Notes: a model not told the origin generated them from the letters alone. Counted from the first letter of the whole stretch, positions 1-11,397 are shown. The stretch is DNA of 63,795 bases, filler included, from Octopus bimaculoides (GCF_001194135.2; 6 parts of 5 records of this genome joined end to end with filler, not necessarily neighbours in it); one strand, 5' to 3'. A program made the numbers and translations.

Positions 1-449
1 TAAATAAATTATAAATAACCTTCAATTACAATAGGAATTATTATCTCTAGGAGTTTTTTCCAAAACCCACAGGTGTTATATTTAAGTTACATATTAATAT
101 ATTAATATGGCCTACTTTAGGACCTAATATTATATTCTATGCACTCTAGGTTATAAATTATAAATTATAAACAATTTTCATTAGAATGGAGATCTATAGT
201 GTGTTATCCTACCTCTAGGATTTTATTTAAAACCCACAATTGCTATTGTCAAGTTATACATTTATATAGCCTGCTTTAAGATCTAATAACATACTATATT
301 GTACTATAAGTTATAAATAACTCTCCATTATAATTGAATCCATACTAAATTATGCCTAGAAGTTAATGGCAAAATCACAGCCGCTACTTGTAACTTTAAT
401 ATTTTAATATGGCCTGCCTTAATGTCCAATATTATATATCATTATTATG

Positions 450-485
<36 letters not shown>

Positions 486-560
486 CAACAACCAGTTTTA
501 ATATAGTAAATCTTCTCTTTATAAACTGCCCAATTTTATGCTGAAATATAGAATTGAGCT
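1..560 (-). repeat. Left arm of a long inverted repeat (probably extends beyond the window start); inverted copy of 1295-1820
   Basis: The reverse complement of 1295-1820 matches 1-560 almost base for base, with a few substitutions, one short indel and different (TTA)n lengths. Confidence 0.95.
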
Positions 561-884
561 AGAAGATACCTGGGGTGTACTTCGGGACAAATCTGTAAAA
601 GAATATCTAATCATTATAGTACTTTTAGAGATAGAAGGAAAATAGCAAGCACTAGCCTTAGTAAATTCATCTGGGAATTCAAAGAACAAAAAAAGCCATA
701 TTGGTTAGAATGGTCGATTATCATGAGATCTTTTCCATATGAGAGGGGTAAGAAATACTGTTTGCTATGTACCTTAGAACTTTATTACATATTATTCTCT
801 AAGGGTAAGTTGATAAATAAACTAACAAATAATGCTCTGAAATGTACACATATTTTAAGACATAATTTTCGTTGGTTTAAATAA
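561..884 (+). mobile_element. 5'-truncated GIY-YIG endonuclease domain of a Penelope-like element (copy 1)
   Basis: Manual translation, open frame: RRYLGCTSGQICKRISNHYSTFRDRRKIASTSLSKFIWEFKEQKKPYWLEWSIIMRSFPYERGKKYCLLCTLELYYILFSKGKLINKLTNNALKCTHILRHNFRWFK*. It has the YLG...R..NH..F...ST.LS..IW..K...W.I....PY....C.LC..E...I pattern of Penelope-like element (PLE) endonucleases. Confidence 0.85.
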
Positions 885-1294
885 AATTGAAATATGACAA
901 GGTATTATAATGCATTATACCATAGTAGTTAGTCCATAGACAGGTCATACTAATATAATTTACCAATAGCAGCAAGGATTTTGTAAAATCCTTTAAAGAT
1001 AATATAGTATAGATTCCCATGGTAGTTGAAGATTAGATATAATTTATAGCAAATTACAATATAAGTTTAGGTCTTAAAGTAGGCCACATTAGTATATAAT
1101 TTACCAATAGCAGTTGTGATCTTTACTATAACTTTTAGTGACAATTGAGGATTGAGTTCAATTATAATAGAGAATTGACTATAACCTATAGTACATTGTA
1201 GTAACCAATTTAGGGGTATTATTGATAATTTAGTTAAAAATATTTCATTAAGACTCTCCAGATTATCTGCTAATAAAAGGATTTTTAATAATGG

Positions 1295-1820
1295 AGCTCA
1301 ATTTTATATTTCGGCATAAAATTGGGCAGTTTATAAAGAGAAGATTTTCTATATTGAAACTGGTTGTAGTATAATAATAATAATAATAATCATAATAATG
1401 ATATATAATATTGGATATTAAGGCAGGCCATATTAAAATATTAAAGTTACAAGTAGCGGCTGTGATTTTGCCATTAACTTCTAGGCACAATTTAGTATGG
1501 ATTCAATTATAATGGAGAGTTATTTATAACTTATAGTACAATATAGTGTGTTATTAGATCTTAAAGCAGGCTATATAAATGTATAACTTGACAATAGCAA
1601 TTGTGCGTTTTGAATAAAATTCTAGAGGTAGGATAACACACTATAGATCTCCATTCTAATGAATTTATAACCTAGAGTGCATAGAATATAATATTAGGTC
1701 CTAAAGCAGGCCATATTAATATATTAATATGTAACTTAAATATAACACCTGTGGATTTTAGAAAAAACTCCTAGAGATAATAATTCCTATTGTAATTGAA
1801 GGTTATTTATAATTTATTTA
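1295..1820 (+). repeat. Right arm of the long inverted repeat; part of the 3' region of PLE copy 1, built from diverged ~140-160 bp subrepeats
   Basis: Matches 1-560 in reverse. The anchor AA(A/G)GCAGGC(C/T/A) recurs at about 1420, 1563, 1703 and 1864. Confidence 0.9.
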
Positions 1821-2168
1821 TAATTCATATTTTATAGTACTATATAGTATAATATTAGATTTTAAGGCAGGCATATCAATGCACGATTTACCAATAGTAA
1901 TTGTAGGCTTTACAATAGCTCCTAGGATAATATAATTTATGTGCCTAGAATAATTTAATTACTATTGGAATAGAAATTTGAGTAATAATTATAACAGATT
2001 CATATAATATGGCAAAGGGTTACCTCCCCTTAATGGAATTAGTTGTAAGAAGAGAAAAATTATTTTAAGTCATTTAACGCTAGAAATACGGTATGGATTT
2101 TCAAATTTTTATTTTTTGATTTTTTTGTTTGATTTATTCATTATGTTTTTTTTTGTTCTAAAAAAGTT

Positions 2169-2255
2169 ATTCCTGATGAAGTGTATGGCAACTGATATAT
2201 TTGACTTATACTTGATGGTCAAATATAGCTGTATACAGAAATGTTAACATCGCAT
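2169..2255 (+). ncRNA. Minimal type-I hammerhead ribozyme (slightly degenerate), 3' of PLE copy 1
   Basis: CTGATGA 2173-2179; stem II GTGTATGGC/GCTGTATAC plus ATATTTGAC/GTCAAATAT; GAAA 2238-2241; palindromic stem III ATGTTAACAT; AUC cleavage triplet; stem I ATTC/GCAT has one mismatch. Confidence 0.7.
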
Positions 2256-2421
2256 TAAATAACATTGATATGGATATTGGCATCAAGTCTCTTAAATGTA
2301 AAAATTTAAAACTTTGGATATATAAACAAGGAGAACGATCCCTAAGGAGTCTAATTTAGATTTTTTTTGCGGTGAAATCTCCTGCTATATTGGTAACAAT
2401 TACATAGTTTACTTTGAAAAA

Positions 2422-2457
<36 letters not shown>

Positions 2458-3531
2458 NNNNNNNNNNNNNNNNNNNNNNNNNNNNNNNNNNNNNNNNNNN
2501 NNNNNNNNNNNNNNNNNNNNNNNNNNNNNNNNNNNNNNNNNNNNNNNNNNNNNNNNNNNNNNNNNNNNNNNNNNNNNNNNNNNNNNNNNNNNNNNNNNNN
2601 NNNNNNNNNNNNNNNNNNNNNNNNNNNNNNNNNNNATATATTTCGTTTTTGGATTTGGTTTGCAAGATTTTTTATGTGATTTCATGTGTTGAAGCATATT
2701 CTGTTGTGTCTGGGGAGAGTCATTTTCTTATTGTGCCTTAAAATTTAACACACACACCGTTAAAATTTCCACTTATTTCTTATTTTTATTTTCCTAAAAT
2801 TTTTGTTGCATCTTGCAACCTTATCAATAGTCTTGACTCTCAGTTATTTACGCTGCGTTCTGTTTTTGCGCATGTGTGTGTCTCAGTGTGTGTATGTATG
2901 CATGCATGTATGTGTGCATGTGTGTATGTCTGTGTGTGTGTGTCCATATGTATATACGTATGTATGTGTGTGTATGTATATATGTATGTGTGTGCCTCTG
3001 TCTCCTTGTGTGTGCATGTCTGAGTGTGTGTGTGTGCATGTGTGTGTTTTGCTATGTACCATGTTTGTATATATGGCTGCACATCTCTATATGTGTGTGT
3101 GTATATGTGGTCATGTGTTTCAGTCTCTATTTGCGTATGTGGTTGTCTGTTCATATACCCTATGTACCTACCAGTCTGTATGTAGACCTGTTGGTTTACA
3201 TATACATACATGTGCGTGCACACACACACACACACAGACATACATATATATACATATATATACATATATACATAGGTATATGATAGGATTGTTCAAGCAT
3301 TCAAGGGGTATGCTGAAGTGTTTAAGAAACCAGGGGATAATTAAATCCGAAGACACTCTTGGAGATTACTTGTGTGGGTACCGTCTTCGTTAGAAGGTAC
3401 CCAGAAGCAGGTAATTTATCATTTAAACCGCAGTTTATAATTATAATCAAGTGGAGAATGGAGAAACAAACAGGTCAATTGTGCTAGTTAGCCATTGATT
3501 TAATTAATTATGTGGAGATTGTATAATGATT

Positions 3532-3583
3532 CATTGTCGATCATTTCGATCTGCCAATTTGATTGGCAGATCTCTTCAGAATG
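3532..3583 (-). ncRNA. Degenerate minimal hammerhead ribozyme, 3' of PLE copy 2
   Basis: Minus strand: CATT-CTGAAGA-GATCTGCCAAT(CAA)ATTGGCAGATC-GAAA-TGATCG-AC-AATG. Stems I and II are perfect, but the NUH triplet reads GAC, so this copy is likely inactive. Confidence 0.7.
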
Positions 3584-3923
3584 TTGAGAAGTATGTTTAA
3601 CATACATGGTTCATGGTGTGAGAGATGCAGGAATAGAAGTTACGGGATATAGTAATGTATATAGTGGTATAAGAATAGAGTTAAGGTAAAGTTAGTCTTT
3701 TAGTCGAAGTTGTGTTAATAGTCTTTCTGCGAAGGAGAGGTAGGGTGGGTGCTGTTAAAGCCCGTAGTTCCAATTTTGGTCAAACACATTCCGCATGCGG
3801 ATGTTTTTAAAATTCAAGCGAATGTTTTTGTTTTTAACACCAGCGGAGTTCGTAAAGGGGAGTAACTCTAAGTTATGGTGAAGAGGGAGCTAACTCTGAC
3901 CTAGTGCATATTTAATTATACTT

Positions 3924-4079
3924 ATCATCATCATCATCATCATCATCGTTTAACGTCCGCTTTCCATGCTAGCATGGGTTGGACGATTTGACTGAGGACT
4001 GGTGAAACCGGATGGCAACACCAGGCTCCAGTCTGATTTGGCAGAGTTTCTACAGCTGGATGCCCTTCCTAACGCCAAG
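3924..4079 (-). mobile_element. SINE family C 3' end ((GAT)n tail), inserted at the end of PLE copy 2
   Basis: catcatcgtttaacgtccgctttccatgctagcatgggttgg...ctggatgcccttcctaacgcc, near-identical to many other copies in the window. Confidence 0.85.
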
Positions 4080-4200
4080 AAAATGAAAATTCTTTTTTAC
4101 ATATTTAATTATACTTAAAAAATGAAAATTCTTTTTTACATATTTAATTATACTTAGAAAATGAAATTTTTTACATATTTAATTATACTTAGAAAATGAA
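4080..4200. repeat. Three tandem ~40 bp copies of the PLE endonuclease stop region (aaaatgaaa...catatttaattatactt)
   Basis: Direct inspection; catatttaattatactt also occurs at 3907-3923, on the other side of the SINE. Confidence 0.85.
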
Positions 4201-4739
4201 AGTTTTGTAGTGTGTAAACAAATTCGGTTATTTTCATATTTCTTGTTTAAAAGGTGTGTTGTAGCCGTTAGGATTTCGAGGCGTTCAGTTAGGCAGAAAT
4301 CGCAACGTCTGTTAGTTGAGTTATAAGAATTTGCTGTTTTTAGTATATGCCATTTTAGTTTGTATGCTATATTATTGTCCTTTAATTCCCAGATATAGCT
4401 ACTAAGTCCTGTTGAATTTGCCTTCTTTCTATTTCTAAAGCTAGATCGGTGTTCATTGTATCTGAGGCATATTTGGTTTTTCGTGGCGCAAATGTAAGAT
4501 CTAATATAGCCGTCTGTGTGTATGTCGCATTGGTAAACTACATTTTCGGTCTTACATCTATTGGAGAAATTGCATTTATTCCTATCTCTACAACTACATA
4601 AATTATAAGGGGTGTCTATGTCTGTGTGTTGTTGTGTGGCCCTATTGTTTTTTTAGTGTGTGTCTCTGCTAACAAGGGGTGTTGGATTAGGATTGGGGTT
4701 TGTTCTATTTGTCGAATGGTTGTTAGTTTGGTTGTTCAT
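4179..4739 (-). mobile_element. Penelope-like linker + Cys-rich segment + GIY-YIG endonuclease (copy 2); 187 codons with one in-frame stop at 4653-4655
   Basis: Manual translation: ...PYNLCSCRDRNKCNFSNRCKTENVVYQCDIHTDGYIRSYICATKNQICLRYNEHRSSFRNRKKANSTGLSSYIWELKDNNIAYKLKWHILKTANSYNSTNRRCDFCLTERLEILTATTHLLNKKYENNRICLHTTKLSFSKYN*. Not in the ORF track. Confidence 0.92.
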
Positions 4740-4920
4740 ATATATATATACGAAAATTTAGATTCAGATGAAGTAGGTACTTAGGTTGAGGCACCAGAAT
4801 TTAGTACGGTATTAAGGTGATTAAAATCAAGATAAGCAACAGGATATCCAGAGGTAATGCAGTATGGTCTTTTCAAGCGACTCCATTTAATTGAACAATG
4901 CAACCATTACATCAATTTAA

Positions 4921-5140
4921 CCCTTTAGCGTTCAAATTAATATGTCAAAAGTAATCATTATTCATTTACATTTAAAAAAATTAATCTGGTATTATCTTGT
5001 AGCTTCAAGAGTTGAAAGATGTAATTGTTAATTTTTAGAATGACATTGCAGGGTCGGTGTGAGATACTGGTTCTGGCCAGTTTGAGCATAAAATGAATAG
5101 AACATTTGGGCCGGATATAGCCGGTTTAAACACTAAAGGG
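4921..5140. mobile_element. piggyBac-like (TTAA-specific) MITE
   Basis: TTAA|CCCTTTAGCGTT ... AACACTAAAGGG|TTAA: terminal inverted repeats (TIRs) with a TTAA target-site duplication (TSD). Confidence 0.85.
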
Positions 5141-5852
5141 TTAAATGCAGAGCAATCTTCAGCTTTATAAATACATGGAATTAAATTAAATTAAACCAGA
5201 TGGACACACTAGAATAATTTTACCTAAAATCTACAAAAAGGTAAGGAGATAGACAAAGAACATGCTGTCTTCACTTCAGCTTAGAAGTTACTAAGGTATC
5301 AGGAAGAAAGACTTGTAAGACATCTAGGTACGCATAAGTGGGCTGGCTACACCCTTGGTAAAAGCCACGGGTTATGGTCTCACTTATCTTGCCGGGTCTT
5401 CTCCCGCACAGCATATTTCCACTCAGCTATCATCATCCATTCTCACCAAATGATCATACCAGCGCAATCGTCACTCTTGCACACCACAACTGATGCTTCT
5501 TAGGTCCAACTTTTCTCTCAAGGTATTTACACTTATGCACACTGACATTACTCATCCATCGGAGCATAATGGCTTCATTCCTTGCAAGCTTACGCATCTC
5601 CTCAGCAGTCACAGCCGATGTTTCACTGCCATTTAGCATGGCTGTTCGTACACGTGTGTCATACAGTCTGCCTCATTACTCTGAGCGAGAGGCCCTTTGT
5701 CACCAGCAGAGGTAAGAGCTCTCTGAACTTTGCCCAGGCTATTCTTATTCTAGCAGCTACACTTTCAGCACACCCTCACCCGCTACTGACTTGGTCACCT
5801 AGGTAACGGAAGCTATCAACTACTTCTAGATTTTTTCCCTGGAATGTGGCAG

Positions 5853-6074
5853 AAGGCAGTGAGCTGGCAGAAACGTTAGCATGCCGGGCGAAACGCTTAG
5901 AGTTATTTCGTCTGCCATTACGTTCAAATTCCGCCGAGGTCGACTTTGCCTTTCATCCTTTTGGGTTTGATAAATTAAGTACTAGTTACGCATTGGGTTG
6001 ATGTAATCAACTTAATCCTTTGTCATTGTTTGTTCCCTTTATGTTTAGCCCCTTGTGGGCAATAAAGAAATAAA
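5853..6074 (+). mobile_element. tRNA-derived SINE family D nested inside the RTE LINE
   Basis: A-box-like TGGCAGAAACGTTAGC, B-box GTTCAAATTCC; 11 bp TSD gaatgtggcag at 5842-5852 and 6075-6085. Confidence 0.9.
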
Positions 6075-6218
6075 GAATGTGGCAGCAGTTGCTTTCTGCA
6101 CATTTTCAGTGTTTATTGCTCCTGAGCATCTGCCACATACAAAAATTATCTTCCTAGTTAGCCTTCCTTTGATATTGCTGCACCTCTTATATGTCCATAG
6201 CTTACATCTACGCGTTTT

Positions 6219-7130
6219 CTACAGATCGACCAGGGCCTTCAGGTAGATACCTGAAGGGGTTTGTGTTTTGTCTACCTTCCTACTTATTAGAACTTTTGTT
6301 TTAGCTAGGTTGACTCTAAGGCTCTTCGATTCTAGTCCTTGCTTCCTCACTTGAAACTTCTCCTCTAGTTCTGATAGTGACTCAGCAATTAGAGCAAGGT
6401 CATCAGCATAGAGGAGCTCCCAGGGGCATCCTGTCTTGAATTCCTGTGTTATTGCCTGGAGGACTATGAAGAATAAGAGGGGGCTGAGGAATGATCCTTG
6501 GTGGATCCCTACTTCTACACGGAATTCTTCACTGTACTCGTTGCCAACCCTCACCTTACTGACAGCGTCCCTGTACATGGCTCGCACAGCTCTCACTAAC
6601 CATTCATCTATCCCTAGTTTCCTCATTGACCACCAGATAAGAGATCGGGGGACCATGTCAACAAAAGCCAGATACAGAGGTTTATCTTTCACTAGGTATT
6701 TCTCCTGCAGCTGTGTTACCAGAAATATAGCATCAGTGGTGCTTTTCCCTGGAACGAACCCAAACTGCATCTCATCTAAACTGACTCTCTCCCTAATTAG
6801 TTGGGCTATGACCCTCTCCGTGACCTTCATTACCTGATCCAACAATTTGATACCTCTGTACTTATTTGTGTCTAAAGCGTCACTTTTACGTTTGTAGCAG
6901 TTGACTATGGTGCTGCTACACCAGTCATTGGGTATGACTCCTTTGTGTACCACCCGGTTAACTATACGGGTAACTAGGCTATAGCCGACACTGCCAGATA
7001 TTTTGAGCATCTTAGCAGTGATCCCTGATGGGCCTGGGGCTTTCCCTGTCTTCATACTCTTGATTGCTTTATCTACCAACGTACTGTCAATTAGAATAGC
7101 TGGTCCCTCAACAGACTCTCTTTTTCCCAT
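6219..7130 (-). pseudogene. Reverse transcriptase domain of the RTE LINE (largest open segment, 303 aa)
   Basis: ORF track; canonical non-LTR RT motifs including YADD. Confidence 0.95.
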
Positions 7131-8718
7131 ACATTCTCTTTATTGAGCAACCTTTCATAGTGGTGTCTCCAAACCTCTCTCTTTGCTGCTTTGTCTAGTG
7201 CAAGAGAACCATCATCCGTGTGAACACATTTCTCTACTACGACATCACAATTCTCTCTCACACACTGTCTTGCAAGACAAAATACTTTCAAGTCTTTGGT
7301 CCTCACGGCGCAGAACATTGGCAAATTTTTTCTTATCTGCTTCCCCTCTGGTTAAATAAACCTGTCTTCTAGCTTCCCTTCTGGCAGTCTGATATAATTC
7401 CCTGCTACCTCCATTCNNNNNNNNNNCTGCTTCCCCTCTGGTTAAATAAACCTGTCTTCTAGCTTCCCTTCTGGCAGTCTGATATAATTCCCTGCTACCT
7501 CCATTCTTCTAGTCCTTCCAAGCCTGTTTCTTTTGTCTAATAGCCCTGTCAACCACAATTGTTGACATTGTTCCACCACCACGTTACCTTGGGTCAAGAG
7601 GGGACTTTGCACCATCCACAGATCTGGTCAGTGGCTCTCAGCAGGTTGTCCCATAGAAACCTCCAGTTGTCTTCCACATTATGTGACGCTATATTTCTAT
7701 TTCATCGAAGGCTTCGAGTAATACATCTCTAAATCTCTGTCCATTTGCAGGATCTTTAAGCTTCCAGACCCTTCTCCTCCAAGCTGGTCTACTTCATGGT
7801 ATCCATTTAGCCCTAATCCCGAAGTTTCTAACTACTAATCTATGTTGAGGGGTACATTCTTCGCCTGGGAAGGTTTTGGCATTTATAAGCAGCCCTCTTT
7901 ACCTTTTTCTGACAAGGATGTAGTCAATTTGGCTAGTATGTCTGTCAAACAGGTGGGTTTTCTGAAGTTGGTATTGCAAACCATAAGATGATTTGCATCA
8001 CAGAACTCCAGCAGTCTGGTTCCCTCCTCATTCCGGGAACCAAAACCATAGCCTCTATGTACGCCATGGAAGCCCCTGCATGTTGTCCAACATGTCCATT
8101 GAAATCACCAGCCACAAAGAGATGGTCCCTGTTATTTGTCAACAAGGTAGTCTTCAATAGGGTGCCATAAAATTGGTCTTTCTGCCAATGTGGTAACCCC
8201 GGTTGAGGGGCATAGGCCGAGATAATGGTAGCTAACATATGGTGAAGCACTAATCTAATCTTAAGTACTTTGTTACATACTTTGTTACATACCTGTGTTC
8301 TTTGCCTGTGAAGAACCTAGCGGAACCTTCTCTCCACCTTACTTCTTGGATGCAGCACAAATCTACACATCTCCATTCAAGCATTTCAACAATCTCACCA
8401 GACCTACCTTTCAGTGTGCCGACGTTGAATGTGCCAACTCTGAGGGTGTGGGCCCATGAGACGCTGGGATGAAGGACAGCAGTGTCATGTACTTGAAAAG
8501 AAAGCTTGCATTTGGCAGAATTCATAAACAAACAATAACCTACAATCTGCATACACTAAACCATTTTTATGCGCTATAAGATTGATAAACCCTAGGTAGG
8601 AGTGGGGATAGGGTTAGGCCCTTAGAAGTGTTCACGAGAGACAACCAAGGATGACAGAGGATAGGAACTTCCGGTAAAGGTGGAGGGTGTGGTAGGGCAG
8701 GCGTACCACGAGCCAGCA

Positions 8719-9396
8719 AGTTTATATGAGAGCATCTTCTGCACTTATATACTATGGTACACAAATTTAGAGAGAATGAATTAACGAAATGATAAACTTG
8801 AATAAAATAAATAAAATGTGACGATTAACAGATATGCATGAACTTAAGACAAGGAAGACGAAGTTATCGGAACTATGTTTACATGGAAAAGAAATAGATA
8901 GATAATAAAGAACGAATGGGGGTGTTTATGATCTATGCAGAAACAGGAGTATATGAACAAGGTTGAAAGGATAAAATTTCTTATCTGATCATCTTCTGAA
9001 ATTCGTATTCTATCAGCAGAGGAATTGAAAATTGAGTAGGGAAAAGAGAGCGTTGCACTGGTTTATATAGAGTTAGGGTTAGCGGGGGAAGTATTGACGA
9101 ATCAGGTGGTAAAATCGAAGAGAGAGAGAGAGACAGTGACGCAGAGAGAGAGAGAGACAGTGACGCAGAGAGAGAGAGAGACAGTGGGGCACAGAGAGAG
9201 AGACAGTGAGGCAGAGAGAGAGAGGGGTCTGAGTTAGGTGGACAGGCAGTGAATACAACACGAGGAAGAATATTCTTTGGGATTTTGGGTAACATAATTA
9301 ATGAAACAGCAAATGCCAAAATCGTGAGATAGAATTGAAAAATATTTTTGGGGATTTTGGAAAACATAATTTAAAGAAACAGCAGTGGTAAATCGA

Positions 9397-9433
<37 letters not shown>

Positions 9434-9878
9434 GGCACAGAGAGAGAGAGGGCCTGAGTTAGGTGGTCAGTCAATAAACACGAGGGAGAGGAATATTATT
9501 TAGGATTTTCAGTAAACATAATTGAATGAAACAGCAAATGCCGAAATTGTGAGATAGAATTGAAAAATATTTTTGGGAATTTTGGGAAACATAATTTAAT
9601 GAAACAGCAAATGCCAAAGAGTTTAGACGAGAGCATCTTCTGCACTTGTATACTATGGTAGACAAACTTAGAGAGAATGAAGTAAGGAAATGATAAACTT
9701 GAATAAAATAAATAAAATGTGATGATGAAAGGATATGCATGGACTTAAGACAAACAAGGAAGACGTAGTTATTGAAACTATGTTTACATGGAAAAGAAAT
9801 AGATAGATAATAAAGAACAAATGGAGGAGTTATGATCTACGCAGAAACAGGAGTACATGAACGAGGTTGAAAGGATAA
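8719..9878. repeat. ~260 bp direct repeats (8719-8974 and 9620-9878) enclosing a second internal duplication (~9258-9400 and ~9478-9618)
   Basis: Direct sequence comparison, e.g. gagagcatcttctgcactt...ggttgaaaggataa occurs twice. Confidence 0.85.
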
Positions 9879-10541
9879 NNNNNNNNNNNNNNNNNNNNNN
9901 NNNNNNNNNNNNNNNNNNNNNNNNNNNNNNNNNNNNNNNNNNNNNNNNNNNNNNNNNNNNNNNNNNNNNNNNNNNNNNTATATACATACACATATATACA
10001 CATATATACATGATGATGTGGCCAAAAAGTGCCACTATTATTTTTATCTGTCTGTCTATCTTTCGCTCTCTCTCTAAAAGAACACGCAAGCACACAGACA
10101 TATATATGTATATTCATTCATGTTTTAGGTATATCTATTTTTCTAACTTCTCCATTCAGATATAAATATAGAAATTTCTTTCACATAACCAGAGACAATC
10201 TGACAGTGAAGCCAAACACACAGATACAAATTCACAGCAAAATGAAAATCGACACACCAACAAAAAGACAACTATGCAACGTCTTGCCCTGCATTCCTGA
10301 AAAATAGCATCGGAATTTCAGCAAAAACAGACACTATTCTGCATTTGTAAATTCATTGCACTACTACTTACACATCATTTGTACTTTCATTTCACTACAA
10401 CTTATTGATATTCCTTATCAAAAACAATTCTCATTCCTTTAAGCTATTTTTCTATATGATATACCTATTTTCCTTGCATTGCTGTAACACAGCATCCAAA
10501 TTTCATTTCACTATTACTTACTGATATTTATTATCAAAAAA

Positions 10542-10862
10542 ATGTCTCCTGAAAAAAGGCCGTCACAAAACGCACACCAAACAAAAGCATGACATGCACA
10601 AGAAAACAACAATGAGGCATACACTCAGCTTGCAGATCAGCAAAGAGAAAGAACGCTTGAAGTGCATCTGAAACCAAACATCAACGAAATGCACAACTTG
10701 CAGATAGCAAACAAAGAATGGCAATTTGACATGCAACAGAAAATGAAGATGAAGGACATGCACAACTTGCAGCTGATCATCTTCGTAAAGCTTCACATCA
10801 TATGCAAGAAACAACACAAGAAATTGCAAACAGACTTGCAGAAAGCCAACAAAAATTATATT
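10542..10862 (+). mobile_element. Degenerate Helitron-like RepHel N-terminal repeat region
   Basis: Frameshifted translation MSPEKRPS...AYTQLADQQRERT / ASETKHQRNAQLADSKQRMAI*HATENEDEGHAQLAADHLRKASHHMQETTQEIANRLAESQQKL. It resembles the ET..QR.ARLA...R repeats of invertebrate Helitron N-termini after CpG decay. Confidence 0.45.
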
Positions 10863-10899
10863 GATCTTTCTTCTACTTCAATTATTACATAGTTTTCTC

Positions 10900-11297
10900 A
10901 TCATCATCTCATCTTCGTTTAACGTCCGTTTTCCATGCTAGTATGGGTTGGACAATTTGACTGAGTACTGGTGAAACCAGATGGCTACACCAGGCTCCAA
11001 TCTGATTTGGCAGAGTTTCTACAGCTGGATGCCCTTCCTAACGCCAACCACTCAGAGAGTGTAGTGGGTGCTTTTACGTGTCACCCGCACGAAGGCCAGT
11101 CAGACTGGCAACGGCCACGCTCAAAATGGTGCATTTCATGTGTCACCTGCACAAGAGCCAGTCCAGGGGCACTGGCACCGATCTTGATAGAAAAATTCTT
11201 TCATGTGTCGCCCGCACATGATCCAGTCCAGCGGCACTGGCAACGATCTCGCTTGAAAAATTTCATGTGTCGCCCGCATGAGCCAGTCCAGGGGCAC
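10900..11297 (-). mobile_element. SINE family C
   Basis: Same sequence as 3924-4079, 32505-32890, 47942-48270 and 63555-63795. Confidence 0.85.
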
Positions 11298-11397
11298 NNN
11301 NNNNNNNNNNNNNNNNNNNNNNNNNNNNNNNNNNNNNNNNNTTAATTAATTAANNNNNNNNNNNNNNNNNNNNNNNNNNNNNNNNNNNNNNNNNNNN
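11298..11397. other. Synthetic 100-nt gap linker N44-TTAATTAATTAA-N44 (also at ~20698, ~49328, ~57426, ~62623)
   Basis: An identical 12-mer, giving TAA stops in all six frames, is centred in five gaps. Confidence 0.9.

Larger units (their letters stand above)
5330..8720 (-). mobile_element. Near full-length, inactivated RTE-clade LINE (APE endonuclease + RT)
   Basis: APE start LRVGTFNVGTLKGRSGEIVEMLE..VDLCCIQEVRW (8250-8552) and IISAYAPQ..GDFNGHVG (7945-8250). RT with GKAPGPSG, QFGFVPGKSTTDAIF, LYADDLAL (6219-7130). C-terminal VVDSFRYLGD..ARIRIAWAKFRELL..GSET (5450-5830). Multiple stops and frameshifts. Confidence 0.95.

Noticed and set aside
2803-3393. Long ORFs rich in C/V/Y/M/H/T/I (here and at many other sites, including all X-containing ORFs)
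   Set aside because: Translations of (GT)n, (TA)n and (TATG)n microsatellites, or read-through of N gaps.
6436-6837. 133-aa plus-strand ORF
   Set aside because: Antisense shadow of the RTE reverse transcriptase.
7337-7506. 80 bp exact tandem duplication inside the LINE
   Set aside because: It flanks a 10-N gap; typical unmerged contig overlap.
11342-11353. TTAATTAATTAA repeated five times across the window
   Set aside because: Always centred in a 100-nt N gap and gives stops in six frames. This is a synthetic scaffolding linker, not biology.
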